Shown here: positions 19,166-27,028 of the stretch, one piece after another
How positions within the stretch are numbered: the first letter of the stretch is position 1
How the letters are laid out: the number at the start of each line of letters is the position of its first letter
Assembly: GCA_964228515.1 (NCBI GenBank)
Contig: CAXRBC010000053.1
Location: 1 to 29,486 of the forward strand
DNA length: 29,486 bases
Direction: 5' to 3'
Source of the DNA: Ilumatobacteraceae bacterium
Lineage (GTDB): Bacteria; Actinomycetota; Acidimicrobiia; Acidimicrobiales; Ilumatobacteraceae
Position numbers and translations under genes: made by a program
Notes under the pieces: generated by a model
The model's input: only the letters and a program-made list of their open reading frames with translations
The model's database searches: none
What the model was told of the DNA's origin: nothing

Positions 19166-20704
19166 ATGAGCGACGGGACCCGCACGCGCCGGTCGGGTGG
19201 GCGCGCCGGACGCCAGCAGGCGAGGGCGTCGCACGCCGTCGAGCGACCGCCGTACATCACGCGGGCCTTCACGCCCGTGGAGCTCGTGAGCGACGAGGTC
19301 CTGTCGCTGCTCGAGGACAACGCGGATGCGATCCTCGAGGAGGTCGGCGTCGAGATCCGCGGGTACCCGTCGGCGATCGCGCGCTTCAAGGACGCGGGGG
19401 CCGACGTGGACGGCGACCGCGTGCGGTTCCCCCGCGGCATGTGTCGCGCCATCGTGCGGGCCTCCGCCCCCGCCACCTACGTGCAGTCGGCGCGCAACCC
19501 GGCGCACGACGTGCTGATCGGCGGCAACGCCACCGTCTTCGCGCCCAACTACGGCTCTCCCTTCGTGCGCGACATCGATCGCGGCCGCCGCTACGCGACG
19601 CTCGAGGACTTCCAGAACATCGTGAAGCTCACCTACCAGTCGCCCCACCTGCACCACTCCGGCGGCACGGTCTGCGAGCCGGTGGACGTGCCCGTGAGCA
19701 AGCGGCACCTCGACATGATCTACGCCCACCTGCGCTACAGCGACAAGCCCTTCATGGGGTCGGTCACGGCGGGGGAGCGAGCCCAGGACAGCGTCGACAT
19801 GGCGCGCATCGCCTTCGGCGGGGACCTGCGGGACCGCACGGTCATGACCAGCCTGATCAACGCCTCGTCGCCGCTGGTGTGGGACTCGACCATGCTCGCC
19901 GCCGCCGAGGTCTATGCGACGCACAACCAGGCGACGATCATCACCCCGTTCATCCTCGCCGGGGCGATGGCGCCCTCGACCTCCGCCGGCGTCGCGGCCC
20001 AGACGCTCGCCGAGTCGCTCGTCGGGATGGCCTTCACCCAGCTCGTGCGCCCGGGCGCCCCGGTGATCTTCGGATCGTTCGCCTCCTCGATGTCGATGCA
20101 GACCGGCGCGCCGACCTTCGGCACGCCCGAGCCGGCGCTCGTGCTCTACACGATCGCCGCGCTGGCCCGCCGGCTCGGCGTGCCGTTCCGCTCCGGGGGC
20201 TCGCTGACGGCGTCCAAGATCGCCGATGCCCAGGCCGCCTACGAGAGCGCGGCGACGCTGATCCCGACGATCATGGCGGGCACCAACTTCGTGCTCCACG
20301 CCGCGGGATGGCTCGAGGGCGGCCTCGCCTTCGGCTACGAGAAGTTCATCCTCGACGAGGACCAGTGCGGGATGATGGCCACCTTCGCCCGCGGACTCGA
20401 CGCGTCCCCCAACGGTCAGGCCCTGGACGCGATCAGGGGCAACCAGCCGGGCGTCCACTTCCTCGGGACCGCCCACACCCTGGCCAACTTCGAGACGGCG
20501 TTCTACCGCTCCAACACGGCGGACAACGAGAGCTTCGAGAAGTGGCTCGAGGACGGGAGCCTCGACGCGCAGACACGAGCGAACAAGATCGTGAAGGAGC
20601 GCCTCGCGTCGTACGTGCCGCCGCCGATGGACGACGCCATCGACGCCCAGCTGCTGGAGTTCGTCGCGCGGCGCAAGGCCGAACTGCCCGACGCGTTCGC
20701 CTGA
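19166..20704 (+). CDS. mttB: Non-pyrrolysine trimethylamine-methyltransferase family protein (glycine betaine:corrinoid methyltransferase-like)
   Basis: ARNP, FAPNYGSPF, CEPVDVP, SDKPFMG, INASSPL, TPFILAGAMAP, GAPTFGTPE, GGSLTASKIADAQAAYES, HAAGWLEGG; no in-frame TAG. Confidence 0.93.
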   Translation: MSDGTRTRRSGGRAGRQQARASHAVERPPYITRAFTPVELVSDEVLSLLEDNADAILEEVGVEIRGYPSAIARFKDAGADVDGDRVRFPRGMCRAIVRASAPATYVQSARNPAHDVLIGGNATVFAPNYGSPFVRDIDRGRRYATLEDFQNIVKLTYQSPHLHHSGGTVCEPVDVPVSKRHLDMIYAHLRYSDKPFMGSVTAGERAQDSVDMARIAFGGDLRDRTVMTSLINASSPLVWDSTMLAAAEVYATHNQATIITPFILAGAMAPSTSAGVAAQTLAESLVGMAFTQLVRPGAPVIFGSFASSMSMQTGAPTFGTPEPALVLYTIAALARRLGVPFRSGGSLTASKIADAQAAYESAATLIPTIMAGTNFVLHAAGWLEGGLAFGYEKFILDEDQCGMMATFARGLDASPNGQALDAIRGNQPGVHFLGTAHTLANFETAFYRSNTADNESFEKWLEDGSLDAQTRANKIVKERLASYVPPPMDDAIDAQLLEFVARRKAELPDAFA

Positions 20705-20758
20705 GGCGCCGCCCGCTCGACGCGCGCCGCCCCCGCTCCGCCCCGTAGCATCGCCGCG

Positions 20759-21631
20759 ATGAGGATCCCGTTCCTGCGCCGCGGCGCGACGTCCGCCGTC
20801 ACCCCCGCCGCCCGCGCACTCGTGCGCGCGATGCGCTACGAGATCATCCCGATGAAGAGCATCGAGCAGGCGATCGCCGACCTGCCCGCCGGGGCGCCGG
20901 TCTCGGTGACGTGCTCGCCGGCCAAGGGCATCGCCGCCACGCAGGAGTACGCCGCCCGCCTGATCGCCGCCGGCCACGACGTGGTGCCGCACTTCGCGGG
21001 CCGCCTCGTCGAGTCGCGGGAGCACGTGCGCGAGCTGGCGCGGTGGGCCCGCGAGCACGCGGTGCGCGAGGTCTTCCTGATCGCGGGCGACGCCGAGGCG
21101 CCCAAGGGGCCGTACGCCGACTCGCTCGGCTTCCTCCGCGACTTCCTCGACTCCGACAGCGGCGTCACGCGCATCGGTTTCGGGTCGTACCCCGACGGGC
21201 ACGCCTTCATCGACCGCGACTCGCTCTCCCGTGCGCTGCACGACAAGCAGAAGTTGCTCGACGACGCCGGCGTGCAGGGACTCGCGTCGACACAGATGTG
21301 CTTCGACGTCGAGGGCATCCGCGCCTGGCTCCGCGAGGAGCGCGACCGCGGATTCCGCATGCCGATCCAGCTCGGCGTGCCGGGTGTCGTGGACCGCACC
21401 CGTCTCATGACCCTCGGCGTGCGCGTGGGCGTCGGTGCCTCGATGCGCTACCTGGCCAAGAACAAGTCCTCGGTCATGAAGATGCTCTCGCCCGGCGGGT
21501 ACGACCCGACCGAGATGGTGGCGGGCCTCGCGGCCGACGCCGAGCGGCTCGGGATCGTGGGGCTGCACTCCTTCACGTTCAACAGCGTCGCCGACACCGC
21601 GGCCTGGGCGCGCGAGATCCTCGCGGCCTGA
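20759..21631 (+). CDS. metF: Methylenetetrahydrofolate reductase-like protein (short, atypical subfamily)
   Basis: YEIIP, VSVTCSP, VVPHFAGRLV, VFLIAGD..PKGPYAD, YPDGH, ALHDK, TQMCFD, VGVG.S, LHSFTFN; MTHFR-type TIM-barrel motifs. Confidence 0.85.
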   Translation: MRIPFLRRGATSAVTPAARALVRAMRYEIIPMKSIEQAIADLPAGAPVSVTCSPAKGIAATQEYAARLIAAGHDVVPHFAGRLVESREHVRELARWAREHAVREVFLIAGDAEAPKGPYADSLGFLRDFLDSDSGVTRIGFGSYPDGHAFIDRDSLSRALHDKQKLLDDAGVQGLASTQMCFDVEGIRAWLREERDRGFRMPIQLGVPGVVDRTRLMTLGVRVGVGASMRYLAKNKSSVMKMLSPGGYDPTEMVAGLAADAERLGIVGLHSFTFNSVADTAAWAREILAA

Positions 21632-21654
21632 GCGGCGCCACCCGGAGCCTGATC

Positions 21655-22956
21655 GTGGGTCGCACCGCGGACGTCGTCGTCGTGGGCGGCGGCGTGATGG
21701 GCGCGTCGATCGCGCTCGAGCTGTCGCGCCACGGCCGCTCGGTGGTGGTGATCGACAAGGGTGGTGCGCCCGGCGCCGGCTCGACGAGCGCGTCGTCCGC
21801 GATCATCCGCTTCACCTACTCCAACTTCAACACGATCCTGATGGCGTGGGAGGCCGCGCAGTACTGGTACGAGTGGCCCGCGTTCGTCGGCGTCGAGGAC
21901 CCGGACGGCATGGCCAAGTTCGTGAAGACCGGCTACCTCGTCTTCCTCACCGAGGGCTACGACGGCGCGCGCCAGCGCGAACTGTGGGACCAGTTCGGCA
22001 TCCCGTACGAGCTGCTGAGCCCCGAGGAGGTGCGCCGGCGCTGGCCGGCCTTCGAGACCGGCAAGTTCTACCCCCCGAAGTCGATCGACGATCCCGCCTT
22101 CGCGGACGACCCCTCCGACCAGCTCTGGGCCCTGTTCGATCCGCTCAGCGGTTTCATGGACGACCCGATGCTCGCGGCGCACAACCTCGCGCACGCCGCC
22201 AAGGCCCACGGCGCGGACTTCCGCTTCCACCAGGAGGTCGTCGAGGTGCGCCGCGAGGGCGGTGCGGTGCGCGGCGTCACGCTCGCCTCGGGCGAGCGCA
22301 TCGATGCGCCGATCGTCGTCAACGCCGCGGGCCCCCACGCCGCGAAGGTCAACCGCATGGCCGGCGTGTACGACGAGATGAAGGTCAAGCACCAGCCCCT
22401 GCGCCAGGAGGTCTTCTCCCCGCCGGCGCCCGTCGGCTTCCGCCTCGAGGACTCGGCCCCCATCGTCGCCGACCTCGACCTCGGGCAGTACTTCCGCCCG
22501 CACATGGGCGACCTGCTCAACGTCGGGACCACCGAGCCGGCGTGCGACCCCCTGCACTTCATCGACGATGCCGACGACTGGAACCAGTCGGTGACCGTCG
22601 AGTTCTTCGAGCGCGTCATGCTGCGCCTCGCGCGTCGCCTGCCCGACTTCGGCATCCCGCACAAGCCGCTCGGCATCGGCGCGCTCTACGACGTGACCGA
22701 CGACTGGATCCCGCTCTACGACAAGTCGAGCCTCGACGGCTTCTTCATGGCGTGCGGCACCAGCGGCAACCAGTTCAAGAACTCGCCGCTGGTCGGCAAG
22801 TTCATGCGCGTGCTCATCGAGGCCGCCGAGCGCGGCGTCGACCACGACGTCACCCCGCTGACCTGGACGGGCGAGCACACGGGCAAGGAGATCAACCTGT
22901 CGGCCTTCTCGCGCCTGCGGACGCAGGCCGTGACCGCCGGCAACGTGATGGGCTGA
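21655..22956 (+). CDS. FAD-dependent amine oxidoreductase (DAO / sarcosine oxidase beta-like), no folate domain
   Basis: From GTG 21655: VVVVGGGVMGASIA..VIDKG..GSTSASSAIIRFTY, IVVNAAGP, LYDVTDDWIP..FFMACGTSGNQFKNSP.VG. Confidence 0.85.
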   Translation: MGRTADVVVVGGGVMGASIALELSRHGRSVVVIDKGGAPGAGSTSASSAIIRFTYSNFNTILMAWEAAQYWYEWPAFVGVEDPDGMAKFVKTGYLVFLTEGYDGARQRELWDQFGIPYELLSPEEVRRRWPAFETGKFYPPKSIDDPAFADDPSDQLWALFDPLSGFMDDPMLAAHNLAHAAKAHGADFRFHQEVVEVRREGGAVRGVTLASGERIDAPIVVNAAGPHAAKVNRMAGVYDEMKVKHQPLRQEVFSPPAPVGFRLEDSAPIVADLDLGQYFRPHMGDLLNVGTTEPACDPLHFIDDADDWNQSVTVEFFERVMLRLARRLPDFGIPHKPLGIGALYDVTDDWIPLYDKSSLDGFFMACGTSGNQFKNSPLVGKFMRVLIEAAERGVDHDVTPLTWTGEHTGKEINLSAFSRLRTQAVTAGNVMG

Positions 22957-22991
22957 CGCGCGGCCCGCCCGGGCCATGCGAGACTCGCCGC

Positions 22992-24020
22992 GTGCGCGCA
23001 CGGCTCGAGGAACTGTTGGCCTCGGGCCGGACGGTCCTCGCCGACGGCGCGACCGGGACCAACCTCTTCGCCGAGGGCCTCACGTCGGGCGAGCCGCCCG
23101 AGTTCTGGCTCGAGACGCACCCCGACCGGGTGCGACGGCTGCACCGCCGCTTCGTCGACGCGGGTGCCGACGTCATCCTCACCGACTCCTTCGGGGCCAA
23201 TGCGCGGCGCCTCGCGCTGCACGGCGCCGCGCACCGCGCGTACGAGCTCTCGCGGCTCGCCGCGGCGACGGCCCGGGAGGTGGCGGACGCGGCGCCGCGG
23301 CCCGTGGTCGTCGCGGGCTCCGTCGGCCCGACGGGCGAACTCTTCGCCCCGCTCGGCGCGCTGACGCACGACGACGCGGTCGCGACGTTCACCGACCAGA
23401 TCCGCGGCCTGCGCGACGGCGGCGCGGACGTCGCGTGGATCGAGACGATGTCGGCGCCCGAGGAGGTGCGCGCCGCGGCGGAGGCGGCGATCGCCTGCGG
23501 CATGCCGTACGTCGCGACCTGCAGCTTCGACACCGCGGGCCGCACGATGATGGGGCTCGCCCCCGCGACGCTGGCCGGGGTGTTCGACGGCCTCGCGGTC
23601 GCGCCGCTCGCGATGGGGGCCAACTGCGGGGTCGGCGCCTCCGACCTGCTCGTGTCGGTGCTCGAGATCTCGCGCGGCGCCGGCACGCTGCCCGTGGTGG
23701 CCAAGGGCAACTGCGGGATCCCGCGCTTCGTCGGCACCGAGATCTCCTACTCGGGCACGCCCGAACTGATGGCGCGCTACGCCGTGATGGCGATCGACGC
23801 GGGCGCGCGCATCGTCGGGGGCTGCTGCGGCACGACGCCGGAGCACCTCGCGGCCATGCGCCGCGCGGTCGACGCGCACGCGCGTGGCGCGGCTCCGAGC
23901 GTCGAGGACGTCGTGCGTGAGATCGGGCCGCTGACCAATTCGGCGCCGAGCGTCAGCGAGCCGCGACCAGCGAGCGAAGGCGCTCGTCGGGGGCGGGCCG
24001 GGCGCCGAGGTGACCGATGA
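22992..24020 (+). CDS. Homocysteine S-methyltransferase domain protein (MetH Hcy-binding module / Bmt-like)
   Basis: From GTG 22992: LADGATGTNL, FVDAGADVILTDSFG, AGSVGPTG, IETM, GANCG and IVGGCCGTTPEH (Zn-binding cysteines). Confidence 0.9.
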   Translation: MRARLEELLASGRTVLADGATGTNLFAEGLTSGEPPEFWLETHPDRVRRLHRRFVDAGADVILTDSFGANARRLALHGAAHRAYELSRLAAATAREVADAAPRPVVVAGSVGPTGELFAPLGALTHDDAVATFTDQIRGLRDGGADVAWIETMSAPEEVRAAAEAAIACGMPYVATCSFDTAGRTMMGLAPATLAGVFDGLAVAPLAMGANCGVGASDLLVSVLEISRGAGTLPVVAKGNCGIPRFVGTEISYSGTPELMARYAVMAIDAGARIVGGCCGTTPEHLAAMRRAVDAHARGAAPSVEDVVREIGPLTNSAPSVSEPRPASEGARRGRAGRRGDR

Positions 24021-24879
24021 CCCACGCGGCGATCCGCGTCGCGTAGCGCGCCGACTCCACCGCGCCGTCGCCCGCGAGCCAGCGGGCCAGGAACGCGCCG
24101 GCGAATGAGTCGCCGGCGCCCGTCGCGTCGAGCACCGTGTGCGTGGCGGGCGGGATCTCGGTCGCCACCCCACCCTCCAGCACCAGCGCGCCGTGCGCGT
24201 CGAGCTTGAGCACGATCAGCGCGTCGGGGAACGTCCGCGCGAGCGAGGCCGCGATCTCGCGCGGGTCGTCGAGCCCCGTGAGGACGCGACCCTCCTCGTG
24301 GTTGGGCAGGAAGACCGAGACGCCGAGGTCGCGGACCCACGACAGGAACTGCGCCACCCCCATCTCGTCGATCATCTGGAAGGACGCGGGGTCGAGCGAG
24401 ATCGTGGCCCCACCCTCGCGGGCCAGCTGGGCCGCGGTCCGGGCGGCCGAGCGGGGCGGGTCGGTGAAGAACGACCAGCCGGTGAGGTGCAGGTGGCGCG
24501 AGCCGGCGATCGCGCGCTTCGGCAGCTCGGACGGGATCAGGAAGAAGTCGGCGCCTCGTCCGGAGACCATGCTGCGTTCTCCGGTGGTGTCGACGAACAC
24601 GGCGACGCTGCCGGTGAGGTGCGCGTCGGTCTCGACGAGGTGATGCGCGACGCCCTCGCGGTCGAGGTCCTCGCGCGCGAGCAGGCCGAAGCGGTCGCGA
24701 CCGACCTTGCCGACGAAGCTGACCTCGGTGCCGCAGCGGCGCGCCCAGACCGCGACGTTGGCAGCGCTGCCGCCCGGCATGAGCGTCACCTCGCCGAACG
24801 AGTCTCCGCCCTTGAGGAGGTCGTTGTTGGTCCGGATGAGCACGTCCCAGGCGAAGTCGCCCACGACGCACAGGCTCAC
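23953..24879 (-). CDS. PfkB/ribokinase-family carbohydrate kinase
   Basis: GGSAANVA, FVGKVGRDRFG, FLPNHEE, VLDATGAGDSFAGAF signatures. Confidence 0.92.
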   Translation of the reverse strand: MSLCVVGDFAWDVLIRTNNDLLKGGDSFGEVTLMPGGSAANVAVWARRCGTEVSFVGKVGRDRFGLLAREDLDREGVAHHLVETDAHLTGSVAVFVDTTGERSMVSGRGADFFLIPSELPKRAIAGSRHLHLTGWSFFTDPPRSAARTAAQLAREGGATISLDPASFQMIDEMGVAQFLSWVRDLGVSVFLPNHEEGRVLTGLDDPREIAASLARTFPDALIVLKLDAHGALVLEGGVATEIPPATHTVLDATGAGDSFAGAFLARWLAGDGAVESARYATRIAAWVIGHLGARPAPDERLRSLVAAR

Positions 24880-24902
24880 GCGATCACGCTATCGTCGCCC
24901 CG
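24880..24902. promoter_or_regulatory. Bidirectional leaderless promoter (two -10 boxes sharing a TA)
   Basis: TAGCGT on minus (24886-24891), 6 nt before GTG 24879; TATCGT on plus (24890-24895), 7 nt before ATG 24903. Confidence 0.6.
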
Positions 24903-26051
24903 ATGCGCGGCGCCCTCGACGGCATGCGCGTCGTCGACATGGCGACGGTGATCGCCGGTCCCGGCGCCGCGCGTCATCTCGCCGACTTCGGCGCCGACGT
25001 GATCAAGGTCGAGCCGCCGGCGCTCGACTCGCTGCGGCGCATGGGATGGACGCCGCCCGAGGGCGGCGACTCCTACTTCTGGCGCATCGCGGGGCGCGGC
25101 AAGCGGTGCATCACGCTCGACCTCGCGAGGGAGGCCGACCTCGCGGTGGCGCGCGCGCTGCTGCGCGAGGCCGACGTGATGGTGGAGAACATGCGACCCG
25201 GCAAGATCGAGCGGCTCGGCCTCGACCCCGTCGACCTGCTCGCGGCGAACCCTCGTCTCGTGATCGTGCGCGTCACCGGTTTCGGCCAGCACGGCCCGTA
25301 CGCGCAGCGCCCGGGCTTCGCCTCCATCGCCGAGGCGATGAGCGGCTTCGCCGCCCTGCTCGGCGACGAGGGGAGCGCGCCGCTCCTCCCGCCGGTCGCG
25401 CTGACCGACGAGATCACCGCGCTGGCGGGGGCGTTCGCCGCGCTGGTGGCGGTGCGGCACGCCGACCGCACGGGCAGGGGTCAGATCGTGGACGTCAACC
25501 TCCTCGAGTCGATGCTGCAGGTGCTCGGGCCGCTGCCGTCGGCGTGCGCCCACCTCGACTACGAGCAGCCGCGCATGGGCTCGCGCCTGCCCTACACCGT
25601 GCCGCGCGGGACGTACCGCTGTGCCGACGGGCGGTGGATGGCGGTGTCGGCGTCGTCCGACACGGTGGCCGCGCGGTTCGTCGAGATGCTGGGCCTCCGC
25701 GACGGCGGGCGGTTCGCGACCTTCCCCGACCGGGTCGCGCACCGCGACGAGCTGGAGGAGGCCATGACGCGGTGGGCCGCGGCGCGCACGCGCGACGAGG
25801 CCCTCGCGGAGTGCGCGCGGATGGACGCGGCGGCGGCCCCGGTGGCGACGATGCGCGAGGTGCTGGCCGACCCGCACGTGCGCGAGGTGGGCGCGATCGT
25901 CGAGGTGGACGGGGTGCGGATGCAGGGCCCGATCGCGAGGCTCTCGGAGACGCCGGGGGAGGTCCGCGGCCAGGGCCCCGCGCCCGACGCGCACGCCGCA
26001 GAGATCCGCCGGGCGGCGGCGGCCGGCAGTTGGCCCTCCCGCGACGCCTGA
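24903..26051 (+). CDS. CaiB/BaiF (family III) CoA-transferase
   Basis: LDGMRVVD..IAGP..LADFGADVIKVEPP, RGKRCITLDL, ENMRPG, VTGFGQHGPY..RPGF, P.ALTD. Confidence 0.93.
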   Translation: MRGALDGMRVVDMATVIAGPGAARHLADFGADVIKVEPPALDSLRRMGWTPPEGGDSYFWRIAGRGKRCITLDLAREADLAVARALLREADVMVENMRPGKIERLGLDPVDLLAANPRLVIVRVTGFGQHGPYAQRPGFASIAEAMSGFAALLGDEGSAPLLPPVALTDEITALAGAFAALVAVRHADRTGRGQIVDVNLLESMLQVLGPLPSACAHLDYEQPRMGSRLPYTVPRGTYRCADGRWMAVSASSDTVAARFVEMLGLRDGGRFATFPDRVAHRDELEEAMTRWAAARTRDEALAECARMDAAAAPVATMREVLADPHVREVGAIVEVDGVRMQGPIARLSETPGEVRGQGPAPDAHAAEIRRAAAAGSWPSRDA

Positions 26052-26054
26052 CTC

Positions 26055-26990
26055 CTACTGGGCGGTGACGGCGAGGGACGCGCGGTTCTCCGCCAGCGCG
26101 AGGATCACGACGGCCGCGATCACGAGCGCCGCGCCCACGAGTCGGAGTGCCGTGACCGTCTCGCCGAGGATCGCGAAGCCGAAGACGATCGTGCTCACCG
26201 GCTCGACGGCCCCGACCACCGATGCCTTGCCCGCGCCGATGCGCCGCAGCCCCTCGAACATCAGCACGGTCGGGATCACCGTCGCGACGACGGCGAACCC
26301 CAGGATCGCGAGCCAGCCCGACGCTCCCTCGGGGCCCGCGAAGTCGCCGACACCCGCGACCCACAGCGCGGTGAGCGAGCAGGTGGCACCGAGGAAGACG
26401 ATGCCCGTGGCCGACACGAGGTCGGTGCGGTGCAGGACGCCCTCCCCGGTGAGCGTGTAGAAGACGTACGCGACCGAGGAGCCGAGCACGTACAGCACCG
26501 CGACGGCGTCGGCGTCGCCGAGCTGACCGGCCGCGATGCCCACGCCCGCAACCGACAGCGCGACGCACAGCACCAGCACGCGGCCGGGGCGCACGCCGCG
26601 GAGCGCCCACGCGGCGAGCACGACGAGCACGGGATTGCAGTACCAGATGACGATCGCGAGGCTGCTGTCCATCGTGCGCAGCGCGGTGAAGAACAGGGTC
26701 GCGGCGAGGAAGTAGCCGATCGCGCCCATGGCGAAGAGCCGCGCGAGCACGCCGCCGCGCGGGAGCCGACTCCCGCGCGCGAGCACCGGCCGCAGCACGA
26801 ACATCAGCAGCGTCGAGATCGCGAAGCGCCGCAGCAGCGCACCCAGCGAGCCGGCGCCGTCGTCGCGCGCGAGGCTGGAGAACGTCGGCGCGAGCGCGAA
26901 GCCGATGCTGCTCGCGAGCAGCAGCAGGACGCCGGTCGACGCGCGCGTGCCGGCCGCCGATCGCGTCTCGCTCGACGGCCCGGTCGACAT
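26055..26990 (-). CDS. DMT/EamA-family transporter
   Basis: About 10 hydrophobic segments in two EamA repeats; C-terminal GLRRIGAGKASVVGAVEPV..GFAILGE. Start at ATG 26990 (TACCGT 7 nt upstream). Confidence 0.9.
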   Translation of the reverse strand: MSTGPSSETRSAAGTRASTGVLLLLASSIGFALAPTFSSLARDDGAGSLGALLRRFAISTLLMFVLRPVLARGSRLPRGGVLARLFAMGAIGYFLAATLFFTALRTMDSSLAIVIWYCNPVLVVLAAWALRGVRPGRVLVLCVALSVAGVGIAAGQLGDADAVAVLYVLGSSVAYVFYTLTGEGVLHRTDLVSATGIVFLGATCSLTALWVAGVGDFAGPEGASGWLAILGFAVVATVIPTVLMFEGLRRIGAGKASVVGAVEPVSTIVFGFAILGETVTALRLVGAALVIAAVVILALAENRASLAVTAQ

Positions 26991-27028
26991 CGCGGCGACG
27001 GTAGCACCGCGCCATCTAGCGTGTCCGC

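Noticed and set aside
19166-20704. Pyrrolysine recoding in MttB
   Set aside because: No in-frame TAG; Leu occupies the aligned position.
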